A stretch of DNA of 64,000 bases from Candidatus Heimdallarchaeota archaeon (GTDB lineage Archaea > Asgardarchaeota > Heimdallarchaeia > JABLTI01), in the NCBI GenBank assembly GCA_019056785.1, contig DXJV01000025.1:20613-84612 (forward strand). Reading direction: 5' to 3'. Every line of letters begins with the position of its first letter. Position 1 is the first letter of the stretch. Under the pieces are notes generated by a model, which was not told the origin of the DNA, searched no databases, and saw only the letters and a program-made list of their open reading frames with translations. The position numbers were made by a program, and so were the translations under genes. Below, one piece after another: positions 51,632 through 62,030 of this stretch.

Positions 51632-53824
51632 TTAAATGGTGGTTGGAAGTTGTGAAACTTCAATAGAGGCGCGCTTGAAATTCTCTTTGGCTTTTTCATA
51701 GTACTTCATTGTCTCTGGTGTGATGGAGGCATGCACTTTCTTTCTCGCAAGTTCAAAGTGCTTCAAAGCAACAATTTCACTATTCATATCTTCTCGCAAG
51801 GATAGCATTGCTGCTTCTCTACAGAGTGATTCGATATCTGCACCTGAAAAGCCTTCAATACTCTTTGCTATTTGCTCTAGGTTTACATCGTCTGCCAAAG
51901 GCATGTTTTTAGTGAAGATTTTCAAAATACGCAAGCGTGCTTTTTGATTTGGTGGGGGAACTAAGACATATCTATCGAACCTTCCAGGGCGTAACAAGGC
52001 AGGGTCGACAATATCAGGCCGATTTGTTGCGGCAATAATAACTACTTGTCTAATCATTTCCAGCCCGTCTATTTCTGTTAAGAGCTGGCTAATCACTCGT
52101 TCGGTCGTCCCCGAGTCACCAAAACCACTTCCCCGTCGCGGGGCAAGAGCATCGATCTCATCAAAGAAAACAATAGTAGGAGCAGACATTTTCGCCTTCC
52201 GGAATATTTCGCGAACAGCCTTCTCCGATTCACCCACCCATTTGCTCATCACTTCAGGGCCTTTAATACTGATGAAATTCACTTCACTTTCTGTTGCAAC
52301 GGCTTTTGCCAAGAGGGTTTTCCCACAACCTGGTGGACCGAAAAGTAATACGCCTCGCGGTGGTTTAATTCCCATGCGTGTGAAGGATTCTTTGAATTTC
52401 AAGGGCCATTCTATCGCCTCCTTCAACTCACGGATTTGAGCATCTAAGCCGCCAATATCTGACCAGCGAATATTAGGTATTTCAGTAAATACTTCTCGTA
52501 TAGCAGAGGGTTGTATCTCTTTCATTGCGGCCATTATATCATCTTGAGTGACAATTAACTTATCCAGTAATTCAGGAGTAATGACTTTATCGGCAAAATC
52601 AATATCAGGTAGATAGCGCCTAAGAGCTTTCATTGCAGATTCGCGGCATAAAGCTTGCAAATCCGCCCCAACATAGCCATGGGTTTTTTCAGCAATTAAA
52701 TCGAGATTGACATCCGGTGCTAACGGCATTCCTCGAGAGTGAATGAGAAGTATCTCTCGCCGTCCGTCTCTGTCAGGAACGCCAATTTCAATTTCCCTGT
52801 CAAATCGTCCGGGGCGGCGCAATGCTGGATCAATAGCATTGGGTCGATTCGTTGCGCCAATTACCATTACTTCACCACGAGAAACCATGCCGTCCATCAG
52901 GGCAAGTAATTGAGCAACAACTCGACGTTCAACCTCACCGGTTACATCTGCACGTTTACTGGCAATAGCATCTAATTCATCAATGAAAATAATCGTAGGA
53001 GCCTTAGCATTTGCTTCTTTAAAGATCTGACGTAAACGCTGTTCTGACTCACCGTAAAATTTAGACATGATCTCCGGGCCGTTAATAGTGATGAAATTTG
53101 AGGCACTTTCATTAGCCACAGCTTTTGCGATGAGCGTCTTTCCACAACCTGGTGGTCCATGTAAAAGTACCCCCTTTGGTGGGTCAATACCAAGCTTCTG
53201 GAACAATTCAGGGTGTTTCATTGGTAGCTCAACCATCTCACGGATGCGTCGAATTTGATCACCCAACCCACCGATGTCTTCATAAGAGGTTCGTGGGAGG
53301 TCCTCTTCAGATACTTGAATTGGTTTATCGATGACCTTTAATTCTGTATCCTCAGTTATACGGACAATCCCCTTCGGAGTAGTGGAGGTCACAGTAAAGG
53401 GCAGAGATTTTCCGAGAATGGGAATGAGAACAGTATCATCCTCTGTTAGGGGATAGCCCAATAATTTCCGTTTTACAAAATTCTCGAAGCTATAATCAAT
53501 TGCTACAGGTGTTTGAAATGGTGCCAGAGTGACAATTTTCGCATTTTTTGCGTCGGCTTTTGTAACAGTCACTTTTTCAGAAAGACTGACGCCGGCATTC
53601 TTACGCAGAAGTTTATCCATACGAATTAGCCCAGCATTTTGATCCTCAGGATAGGCCGGCCAGGCAATTGCAGCTGTGACTTTCTTCCCTTTAATTTCCA
53701 CAACATCACCCGTAGTGACATTAATTTGTCTCATTGAGAGACCATCAATTCGGACTTTTTGGCGGCCGATATCCCGTTGCCTAGCTTCAGCAACTTTGAG
53801 GGTAATACTTGGTTTAGTAGGCAT
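51632..53824 (-). CDS. cdc48: CDC48/VAT family AAA+ ATPase
   Basis: N domain (LKVAEA..RDIG) and two AAA modules, each with [11 protein letters not shown] and the SRH motif (RPGRFD). Confidence 0.97.
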   Translation of the reverse strand: MPTKPSITLKVAEARQRDIGRQKVRIDGLSMRQINVTTGDVVEIKGKKVTAAIAWPAYPEDQNAGLIRMDKLLRKNAGVSLSEKVTVTKADAKNAKIVTLAPFQTPVAIDYSFENFVKRKLLGYPLTEDDTVLIPILGKSLPFTVTSTTPKGIVRITEDTELKVIDKPIQVSEEDLPRTSYEDIGGLGDQIRRIREMVELPMKHPELFQKLGIDPPKGVLLHGPPGCGKTLIAKAVANESASNFITINGPEIMSKFYGESEQRLRQIFKEANAKAPTIIFIDELDAIASKRADVTGEVERRVVAQLLALMDGMVSRGEVMVIGATNRPNAIDPALRRPGRFDREIEIGVPDRDGRREILLIHSRGMPLAPDVNLDLIAEKTHGYVGADLQALCRESAMKALRRYLPDIDFADKVITPELLDKLIVTQDDIMAAMKEIQPSAIREVFTEIPNIRWSDIGGLDAQIRELKEAIEWPLKFKESFTRMGIKPPRGVLLFGPPGCGKTLLAKAVATESEVNFISIKGPEVMSKWVGESEKAVREIFRKAKMSAPTIVFFDEIDALAPRRGSGFGDSGTTERVISQLLTEIDGLEMIRQVVIIAATNRPDIVDPALLRPGRFDRYVLVPPPNQKARLRILKIFTKNMPLADDVNLEQIAKSIEGFSGADIESLCREAAMLSLREDMNSEIVALKHFELARKKVHASITPETMKYYEKAKENFKRASIEVSQLPTTI

Positions 53825-53993
53825 AATTCTCAACCTCTGTCAATAGAATTTAAGCGGGTAGCTTTCTGCTTTAAATATTTTTGGCTGTTCATTTACTATT
53901 TCAAGTTTTGCTTTTCTTTACAAAAATTGAGCTTAGAGAATTATTAAAGACTCGTTTGTGGGCAAAAACAAAGAAAAAAGAAAAAACAAACCC

Positions 53994-55442
53994 TTAGGTC
54001 TTGTGTTTCCAGACTGTTCCTTTTGGTGTATCCTCGAGAATGACATCCAATTTTGCCAGACGATCCCTGATCATATCACTGGTTTCAAAGTCTTTTCGTT
54101 TCCGGGCAGCATTACGGATTTCAATGAGAAAATTGAGAAGCTCATCTGTGAGTTTATCGCCTTGTAAGGCTGCGTCTTTTAGAGAAAGCTTTTCGAAAAG
54201 GCCAAAGGTGCCCAGCAATGTTTTATAAATCGTGAAGGCTTCTTGGAGAACGCCAGGATTGATGTCTCCTTCTAGATATTTATTTAATGACTTCGCAAGT
54301 TCGTGAATGATTTTTAATCCTTTTGGGGTATCAAAGTTATTATCCATAACTTGTTCGAATTCGTTCTTTAGCGCATGAGCCTTGGTTAAGAGCGCTTCTT
54401 CTTGCTCAGAAAAGGGCGATGCGATGGTTGGTTCTCTTAAAACAGCCAGGACATTTTCAAGGGTATTGCGCAACTTTTCAACGCTATTTTTTGCACTGAT
54501 AAGCTTATCCTCAGAAAAGACGAGTAAGGCGTCATAGCGTGTCGAAAGATAAAGATAGCGTATAGTATCGGGTTCAAAAGACGACATAAGCTGATGTAGA
54601 GCTGTGACATTCCCAAGTGACTTTGACATCTTTTCTTCTTTTATGCTTAGAAATTCACCATGTATCCAATAATGAACAAAAGGTTTCCCTGTAATGGCTT
54701 CTGCTTGGGCAATTTCGTTTGTATGGTGTGGAAACTTCAAATCCACAGCACCGGTATGAATATCAAACGTTTCACCAAGATATTTCATTGACATAACAGA
54801 ACATTCAATATGCCAGCCAGGGCGCCCTTTCCCCCAAGGGCTTTCATAATATATCCCTCGTTTGATCTCTTCTTCTGTACTCTTCTTCCACAATGCAAAA
54901 TCCTGAACGTGTTCTTTATCGTACTCATCTGCTTTCGCTCGTTCACCAACTTTTTGTTTACCTAACTTAAGGTTAACAAGTTGACCGTATTTGTCGAATT
55001 TTTGGATGGCAAAGTATACTCCATCTTCCGTCACATAAGCAAATCCTTTATTCACGAGTTTTTGAATCCAATTGATCATATCTTGGATATGATCTGTCGC
55101 TCGAGGATAGATATGAGCCCGTTTGATATGCAACCAATCTATTCCTTTAAAGAAGATCTTTGTATATTTTTCTGTGAATTCTTTTAAAGTAAGCCCTTCT
55201 TTTGCTGAATCACGAATAGTCTTGTCATCAATATCTGTGATATTCATAACATGAAAGACTTCAAAGCCTTTAAACTCAAAGTAGCGGCGAAGAATGTCCG
55301 CCATAAAGAAAGTGCGATAGTTACCAATATGGGGAGTTCCATAAACAGTTGGCCCACAAGTGTACATTTTAACCTTCCCTTCAACAAGGGGATGGAACTC
55401 TTCCATTTTATGCGTAAGACTATTTCGAACAATGATAGCCAT
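53994..55442 (-). CDS. cysS: Cysteine--tRNA ligase
   Basis: CGPTVY, HIGN, DFALWK, GRPGWHIECS and KMSKS motifs. Confidence 0.97.
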   Translation of the reverse strand: MAIIVRNSLTHKMEEFHPLVEGKVKMYTCGPTVYGTPHIGNYRTFFMADILRRYFEFKGFEVFHVMNITDIDDKTIRDSAKEGLTLKEFTEKYTKIFFKGIDWLHIKRAHIYPRATDHIQDMINWIQKLVNKGFAYVTEDGVYFAIQKFDKYGQLVNLKLGKQKVGERAKADEYDKEHVQDFALWKKSTEEEIKRGIYYESPWGKGRPGWHIECSVMSMKYLGETFDIHTGAVDLKFPHHTNEIAQAEAITGKPFVHYWIHGEFLSIKEEKMSKSLGNVTALHQLMSSFEPDTIRYLYLSTRYDALLVFSEDKLISAKNSVEKLRNTLENVLAVLREPTIASPFSEQEEALLTKAHALKNEFEQVMDNNFDTPKGLKIIHELAKSLNKYLEGDINPGVLQEAFTIYKTLLGTFGLFEKLSLKDAALQGDKLTDELLNFLIEIRNAARKRKDFETSDMIRDRLAKLDVILEDTPKGTVWKHKT

Positions 55443-55657
55443 CTTTTTTTCACCGATTTTCCTTTGTTCTTTATACTTCTTTAACTGTGTGCAATAGTAT
55501 TTTAATTTTCATAGTTTGCTAGTCTTATAAAAGGATTTATGCAATATTTGCTTATTTCAGGAGAAAGCATCTTAGTAGAAGAAAGCTCAAGAAGTAAGTA
55601 TTATAAATCACAAGTTCTATGAGATAGATAGATTATTTTAATCAACAAACAGGTGAA

Positions 55658-57070
55658 ATGAGGCTAACAAAAATGACTGTTGGTAAAATCACAATTAAAC
55701 CGGCAAACAAAGGAGCCATAATCACCTATTCCATTATTTCATTGTTGTTCTTTGGAGCAGGCATCCTTTGTTTTATCCTCCTGTTGGGGATACAAGTTCC
55801 CGGTGAAACATACACAATTGGAAAAGCAATAACAGACTTTTTTGCATCGATTTCTTTTGCAGGAAGCACCTTAGCGGCTTATTGGTGGGTATTATTACTT
55901 GCTGGTTTAGGGCTTATTCTCGTGGGCTTTCTTGTTGGATGGCTGTTACTTTTCTTGACGGCGAAAATTGGGCACATCCTAGTCTATGCGGGTGTGGCAT
56001 TTTACATTGTTGGTGCTATTATTGGTGTGGTACTGGCTATTCCCTTTGGAGGCGCTCTTTATGCATTAATTGGTTTGGGACCGGCAATAATTCTAATTAT
56101 TGGGCTCTTCACCAACATTAACAAGTTTAAACGCGCAGGCGAATTCATGAAATTTACCGGACAAGTTATCTTAGCAGAGAAAGGCATGTTGCTCGCCCCG
56201 ATTCTCATTGCATTTAGCTCAATGATAAGTATTTTATCAATGGGATCTATTTTCGCCTATCTGGTCTTTATTTTCGATGCGATCCCTTGGCTAGGCTATT
56301 TATTAGGTTCCCTAGCGTCTCTCCTACAATTGATCGTTTATTATGGCACCTTTTATGTCGCAGAAGCAATAAATACTACGTATGCTTATGAGTGGTATCG
56401 CAAAAGAGATCCTGACATGAAGTTTTGCAGGAAAAACGTCGCCGGAAATTTCGGACCAATCTTTGCTTTCGGTGTCACTACAGCCCTTGTTAGCTGGTTG
56501 CAAAGAATGCTAAGAAACGCTGCCGCCAATGCACGGACCAAGGGTGCAGCAATTTTAGCAATACTCGCCCGGATTGTTGCAAGCCTTTTAGGAATCATCT
56601 TCAAGTATCTGACCTATTTCACACTCCCTGCAATTGTTGTAGAAGGCCGGAAGTTCAAAGATGGTATAACGAGGAGCTTCAATTTACTGAAACGGTATTA
56701 TATGGATGTCATTATACGTGAAACTGGCGTTGATCGAGGAATGGGCATCTTACAATGGATTGCCATTTTTATCTATGGTATTTTAGGTGTCATTGCTGGC
56801 TTTGTTGTTAAGATGACGACTAATGAAAGCTGGACCTTTGCAATGCTTATTTGCGTCATTCCTGCGATTATCTTCGCAAGTATCCCCACCTTCTTCATCT
56901 TCAGACCCATGAAAACAGCCTACTTAACTTTCATCTTTGCTTATGCTCAAGATGAAGAAAGTGGCTTTAAACTTCCAACAAGAATGCCTGCGGCACTTCG
57001 TGGTGACTTGAAATCAGTTCGCAGCACAATGGATACAAGTAAATCAATTGCAGCAGTAGTGCAAAAATAA
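55658..57070 (+). CDS. Polytopic membrane protein, choline-transporter-like (CTL/SLC44/Pns1) or DUF6159-related
   Basis: About 10 TMs; FKRAGEFMKFTGQVIL...MLLAP, FGPIFAFG and YLTYFTLPAIVVEG..F....RSF.LL segments. Confidence 0.6.
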   Translation: MRLTKMTVGKITIKPANKGAIITYSIISLLFFGAGILCFILLLGIQVPGETYTIGKAITDFFASISFAGSTLAAYWWVLLLAGLGLILVGFLVGWLLLFLTAKIGHILVYAGVAFYIVGAIIGVVLAIPFGGALYALIGLGPAIILIIGLFTNINKFKRAGEFMKFTGQVILAEKGMLLAPILIAFSSMISILSMGSIFAYLVFIFDAIPWLGYLLGSLASLLQLIVYYGTFYVAEAINTTYAYEWYRKRDPDMKFCRKNVAGNFGPIFAFGVTTALVSWLQRMLRNAAANARTKGAAILAILARIVASLLGIIFKYLTYFTLPAIVVEGRKFKDGITRSFNLLKRYYMDVIIRETGVDRGMGILQWIAIFIYGILGVIAGFVVKMTTNESWTFAMLICVIPAIIFASIPTFFIFRPMKTAYLTFIFAYAQDEESGFKLPTRMPAALRGDLKSVRSTMDTSKSIAAVVQK

Positions 57071-57213
57071 GAACCTTCCGTTCTTTTCTTCCTTTTTCTT
57101 TTTTTGCTAAATAGTAAAAAAAGAACGAACATTTTTCATGCTTGTCTTTTAATTCCTTTTTTTTACTATCTACCTTTCACGTAAAGACATATTTGCAAAG
57201 AATAAAACTATGA

Positions 57214-57718
57214 CAACAAAAGCAATCACAAGCACTATATACCAATACTCGGAAACAATTATCAGTGGCAATGAGCGCAAATACACTTCTTCTCATCAAA
57301 TCAGAATTAGAAGAAGCGAAGAAAAAAGGCGTACAATTTTGCTCCATTGCCTTTAAATAGCTTGAGCAGTTAACCCCTTCTATTAAAAGAGAGCTGTACA
57401 AAGAAACAGGTTTTGACCATTACGTAATCCCCCTCACTTTTTACTTAAAGCCTATTCCCAAATTCTTCAAGCTAACTAAGAAAATTAGTGAGATAATTGA
57501 TTGCCCTGGCATAATTATTTCCTATAGTGTTGAGTCTGTTGTGCTTTTACCCCTGTTCCCACATGAAACGTTTTTTTGGCATCTGGGTTTTCTCAGAGCA
57601 GATCATAAAGCAACAACTAGTGGCATACAATGAATTATTTTCCCTTGCAGAAAAGACTCAAGTTTTACATTTCAGCTTAATTAAGAATAGTTTAATAATT
57701 GACTTTCCTATTTACTAA
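57214..57718 (+). pseudogene. Degenerate fragment resembling a TrmB-family effector domain
   Basis: Frame reads TRKQLSVAM...IKSELEEAKKKGVQF, with TAG at 57358-57360 and a frameshift in the T7 run at 57571-57577, then GIWVFSEQII..LVAYNELFSLAEK. Confidence 0.45.
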
Positions 57719-57752
57719 CAGACGCCGTTTATTACTCCGGGGTTAATAAGGA

Positions 57753-59015
57753 ATGACTAGTAGCAGCGTTGAACCAAAGAAAAAAAAACCAAAGGAACGC
57801 TTTAAACGCCTAGGTGTAGGGTTTAAGAAAAGGCTTCTAAAATTTTCAATTGTCTCTTTAATTGGGCTTTGCATTAATTTGGCGGCTTTAAATTTTGCAG
57901 AGTTTATACTCTATCATATTCACTCGAGTATTTTGGAAGCCGGACACAAGATTTGGATCTTCTCTTTTACTTATATTGACTTGATTTCAATTGCAACAGG
58001 TATCGCAGCTGCAACTCTTTCTAATTACATTCTTAATAAGATTTGGACCTTCGAAAAAGCGAAAGTTGAACGTGTTATAACCCAATTCTTGAAATACGCT
58101 GTTGTAGGAGCCTCGGGAGCAGTTCTCAAATACCTTCTAACAACGGCATTAAAAACAGCATTTCTTCATGTTATCCCCTCAGATCGATGGGCGACGGTCC
58201 CTGCCAGCGCAGTTGCCTTTACTGTTACGGTAGTATGGAACTATATTTGGAACGAAGTTTGGACGTTTGATGTTATTGAAGGTGTCTCAGAATCATTTGA
58301 AATTCCGGAGGGGATGGACTTTAGCGATGTGACAATTATCACTCCGACTTTCAACGAAGGAGAAAATATTGGCCCTTTATTGGAATATTTGAGTAAACAT
58401 TTACCCGGAGTTCATGTTATAGTTGCAGATGATGGGTCAACAGACGGGACGCGCGAATATGTTAGAGAGTTCCAAAAAACCAATCCAAAGTTTCATCTTC
58501 TTGACCGAGAAAAAGAAGCCGTCCATGGATTGACAATAAGTGTAATTGATGCTATTAAGCAAACCGAGACACCTTATTTCGTTGTCATGGATTGCGACTT
58601 TCAACACCCACCAGAAAAGGTTGCAGAGATAACTGTGAAATTACGAGAAGGCTTTCATTTCGTTGTCGGAGAACGAGATGAAATCCCAGAATGGTCCTTT
58701 AAACGGAGGTTAATCTCTTGGGGAGCATCTGTTATTGGCAAGTTCTCCCTTTGGCTACACTGTTCAGCAACATGTGGCGATGTTATGAGCGGTTTTTTTG
58801 GCGGAAAGACAGATTTTGTTAAAACAATTATTGAAAATCATCCCAAAGGGTTCAGACCTCAGGGGTATAAAATCTTATTTGAGTTATTAAAACATTCAAA
58901 AAGGAAAAAGACAACAGTAGGAAGGGTGGGATATATCTTCCAACAGAGAGCTCATGGAGAATCGAAAATCTCCAAAAAGCACATCATTGAATTCCTCAAG
59001 TCAGCTTTCCCTTAA
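57753..59015 (+). CDS. GtrA domain fused to a GT2 dolichol-phosphate mannosyltransferase-like domain
   Basis: N-terminal GtrA (KFSIV...NYILNKIWTF; KYAVVG...NYIWNEVWTF), then PTFNE, DDGSTDGT, MDCDFQHPP, DVMSGFF and GESK. Confidence 0.9.
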   Translation: MTSSSVEPKKKKPKERFKRLGVGFKKRLLKFSIVSLIGLCINLAALNFAEFILYHIHSSILEAGHKIWIFSFTYIDLISIATGIAAATLSNYILNKIWTFEKAKVERVITQFLKYAVVGASGAVLKYLLTTALKTAFLHVIPSDRWATVPASAVAFTVTVVWNYIWNEVWTFDVIEGVSESFEIPEGMDFSDVTIITPTFNEGENIGPLLEYLSKHLPGVHVIVADDGSTDGTREYVREFQKTNPKFHLLDREKEAVHGLTISVIDAIKQTETPYFVVMDCDFQHPPEKVAEITVKLREGFHFVVGERDEIPEWSFKRRLISWGASVIGKFSLWLHCSATCGDVMSGFFGGKTDFVKTIIENHPKGFRPQGYKILFELLKHSKRKKTTVGRVGYIFQQRAHGESKISKKHIIEFLKSAFP

Positions 59016-59034
59016 AGGGCAAAGATTATTCAAT

Positions 59035-59820
59035 TTAATGAAAAACCAATTTCATAGCATTTTCAAATTCGGGTGAATGGGGATCGCCCTGCCAAATAAG
59101 CCGTTTATCCAAACAAACAGCTCTATTACAGAGTTCTTTGATCAGCGGAATGCTATGAGAAACCATTACAATTGTAACGGAAGTTTCTTGGTAAATATTT
59201 GCTATAACATCTGCAATGTTTTTGGCAACCTTAAAGTCGAGTGCGGTAAAGGGTTCATCAATAAGAAGAATTTCAGGGTTGTTAACAAGTGCTCTGGCAA
59301 TCTTTATTTTCTGTTGTTGCCCTCCACTAAGATGGCCTATGGGTCGTTTTGCCATTGCATCCATTCCTACCAGTTTTAAGGCGGCGGTGATTTTTTCCCG
59401 GTGTTTTTTGGAGAGCGCCCTAAAGAAGCCAATTTGCGAGTAAAGCCCCATGCCAACCACATCTTCTACTAGTGCCGGAAAATTGCGCTCTATATTTTGG
59501 ATCTGGGGGACATAACCGATTTTTGCCTTTATACCCCGGATGTTACTTTTTGTCAAATCTTTGCCAAACACACGCAAACTCCCTTGAACGGGCTTGATTG
59601 CACCGACAATTGATTTTAAGAGCGTGCTTTTCCCAGAACCATTCGGACCGCAGATGCCAATAAAGTCATGTTGATGAACATCAAGATTGATGTCGAATAA
59701 TGCCACATTAGTTTGATAGGCAACTGCAAGTCCATTTATGCAAATTAAAAGGTCATCATCTGGCGATTGTTCATCTCTGTCATAGACTTTTTGTGAAGTG
59801 GTTTGTTCTTTTTTTGCCAT
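59035..59820 (-). CDS. znuC: Zn/Mn ABC transporter ATP-binding protein
   Basis: GPNGSGKST, IGYVPQ, LSGGQQQ, DEPF and SH motifs; operon context. Confidence 0.88.
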   Translation of the reverse strand: MAKKEQTTSQKVYDRDEQSPDDDLLICINGLAVAYQTNVALFDINLDVHQHDFIGICGPNGSGKSTLLKSIVGAIKPVQGSLRVFGKDLTKSNIRGIKAKIGYVPQIQNIERNFPALVEDVVGMGLYSQIGFFRALSKKHREKITAALKLVGMDAMAKRPIGHLSGGQQQKIKIARALVNNPEILLIDEPFTALDFKVAKNIADVIANIYQETSVTIVMVSHSIPLIKELCNRAVCLDKRLIWQGDPHSPEFENAMKLVFH

Positions 59821-59826
59821 TATCCA

Positions 59827-60849
59827 TTATTCCTCCGGTTCTTTTTTGTGTTCATGATGATGAACTAAGGGTTCTTTCTTAAGCAAGGCTTTTTTCTGGA
59901 TCTCAATTTTTTCGGCATTATGAATATGCTCGATATCACCAAAAATGCATTCTGGGTTTGGGCAATGACCTGTTTCGTCGAAAAATTTCTTGCAAAAAGG
60001 GCATTCTCCTGAGAGTTTCTTTAACGACCGTCTTTTAGGTGAAAATGCAAAGGAAACAAAAAAGACGAGTGAAACAGTTGTTGCAATAGATGCTGCAGAA
60101 GCAAGATCAAGAACATAAGAAAGGAATAACCCCACAAGTGAAGAGCTAACACCAAAAATGACAGAAAGACCAATCATCTTATTCAACTTGAAAGTCCATT
60201 GATAGGCTGCAGCAGCAGGGGTGACAATCATTGCAAAAACGAGAATCGCACCTATTGCCTTTAAGGAGACAGCAATGGTTATTGAAACTAAAATCAAAAA
60301 GACGTAATTGAGCAGGGCAACTGGAATGCCGGAAATATTAGCAAGCTCAGCATCAAAGGTTATAAAGTAAAGTTCTTTTTTAATAAGGAATAACACAACA
60401 AGCACTAAAGCAGAATAAATGACCAGAAGTATGAAATCCTCTCGATCAACTGTTAATAAATTACCAAAAAGGACTGATTTGATATCAGAGGTATATTCCT
60501 TTTGTAAGCCAATAAAAAGGGCAGCGAGAGCAATAAAAAAGGAAAAAACAATACCAATAATCACCTCATCGCGCATTATTTGTTTCTGGTTGACATAGCC
60601 AATTCCAAGAGCAGAGAGGATGGAAAAGCCCATAATTAATAACAAGGGGTTCTCAACACCAATAAGAATGCCCAGTGTTGCACCAGCAAAAGAGGAATGA
60701 GCAATTGCTTGCCCGAGAAAAACCATCCCTCGAAGTAAAACAAAAACACCAATTATCGAACAAACGATGCCGATAATTATACTCGAGAAGAGCGCGCGTT
60801 GCATAAAACCATACTGAAATGCTTGGAAGAATTCTACAATTTTAGACAT
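59827..60849 (-). CDS. znuB: Zn/Mn ABC transporter permease with a Cys/His-rich C-terminal tail
   Basis: FMQRAL, AIAHSSFAG, LFGNLL, TFD and GAILVFAMIVTPAAAA motifs. Start at ATG 60849 overlaps the znuA stop. Confidence 0.88.
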   Translation of the reverse strand: MSKIVEFFQAFQYGFMQRALFSSIIIGIVCSIIGVFVLLRGMVFLGQAIAHSSFAGATLGILIGVENPLLLIMGFSILSALGIGYVNQKQIMRDEVIIGIVFSFFIALAALFIGLQKEYTSDIKSVLFGNLLTVDREDFILLVIYSALVLVVLFLIKKELYFITFDAELANISGIPVALLNYVFLILVSITIAVSLKAIGAILVFAMIVTPAAAAYQWTFKLNKMIGLSVIFGVSSSLVGLFLSYVLDLASAASIATTVSLVFFVSFAFSPKRRSLKKLSGECPFCKKFFDETGHCPNPECIFGDIEHIHNAEKIEIQKKALLKKEPLVHHHEHKKEPEE

Positions 60850-61891
60850 GGGGAAGGTCCTCCTTATGTCGGTATCGAACAACAATAACAAGAATGGAAA
60901 TAGCAAGAAAGCCAGAACCATTCAACGCAATAAGAAACCAAAAAGAAACAACGTCGCCTATTTTAGGGGGTTCATGTGGATTTTTAAGGGCAATAAGATC
61001 ATATTCAATCATTTTGATATAGGAAGTAATGATGCTGCCCTGTGCCAGAACAAACCCTTCTACATCAGGAACATCCAAGAGGGGGGTTAACTCGGCAATT
61101 TTGATGTTCGTGTCACGTGCGATTTCTGCGACTTGTTTTTCATCTAATTGTGGTTGATTTATAATTAGTGAAACGTTTTTCGTGATGATCTTATCGACAA
61201 TATCAGCAATATGCTCTGGGCTGGGCTCTTCACCTTCGTGTTCTTCAATAATAGCAACACGTTCGACACCAAGTAGATCCAACAGATACATCATCGAGGG
61301 GTGATGCACAACAACTTTCAAATTTTGGAGCGTAAGCCGTGTGGCATTAATTTGCGCTAAAAGTGCATCTAGTTTTGCAAGATAAGCTTCTTTATTAGAG
61401 AGATAGGTGGCACTATTTGCCGGGTCGAGTGTGATAATTTCCTCGTAGATTTTAGCCACCATTGTCTTGACAATTGTTGGGTCCATCCAAACATGTGGAT
61501 TAAGAGCCTCGATAAGGGGATCATAGCGCAACATGGATTGAGTAACCAGCGTAAGAACTTTCACGTTTGGATTTGCCAGTAATACCGCATCAACCCATGG
61601 CTCTAACCCCGCAATGCCAAAGCGGATGAAGAGGTCGGCATTCGCGACAAGCTCAATTTCGCTTGGCGTTGGCTCATAAATATGAGGGTTTTCCGTGCCT
61701 GTAACAATACTTTGAACGGTAAATGCCCCTTTCCCTATCTGAGCGGCAAAATCCGCTACGATGGATAGGGAGGTGACAATGTTCAAGTTGGCTCCTTTTA
61801 CATGTTGTAAAGGAGCCTGTTGAAAGGCAGTCAAATTTACCGTGAAAACTAATACTAGAACAATCAAGCTTGAAACTCTGAATCGTTTCAT
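60842..61891 (-). CDS. znuA: Zn/Mn ABC transporter substrate-binding protein with a C-terminal TM anchor
   Basis: NPHIYEPTP, NPHVWMDP, VHH and EPSP motifs; signal peptide and C-terminal TM. Confidence 0.88.
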   Translation of the reverse strand: MKRFRVSSLIVLVLVFTVNLTAFQQAPLQHVKGANLNIVTSLSIVADFAAQIGKGAFTVQSIVTGTENPHIYEPTPSEIELVANADLFIRFGIAGLEPWVDAVLLANPNVKVLTLVTQSMLRYDPLIEALNPHVWMDPTIVKTMVAKIYEEIITLDPANSATYLSNKEAYLAKLDALLAQINATRLTLQNLKVVVHHPSMMYLLDLLGVERVAIIEEHEGEEPSPEHIADIVDKIITKNVSLIINQPQLDEKQVAEIARDTNIKIAELTPLLDVPDVEGFVLAQGSIITSYIKMIEYDLIALKNPHEPPKIGDVVSFWFLIALNGSGFLAISILVIVVRYRHKEDLPHV

Positions 61892-61978
61892 TAATTAAAT
61901 GACCCACTTCTTTTTTATAACTATTAAAGTTTTATCCTATTTAATTGTTCTTTTTTTTCGAAATTAAAAATATTAAGG

Positions 61979-62014
61979 AAAAAAAAGCTTAGAAAATAAG
62001 AGACGAGAAGAAAA
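61979..62014 (-). terminator. Pyrimidine/U-rich tract after the 5S precursor
   Basis: Minus strand reads TTTTCTTCTCGTCTCTTATTTTCTAAGCTTTTTTTT immediately after the flanking stem. Confidence 0.5.
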
Positions 62015-62030
62015 TGCTAGAACCCATCGT

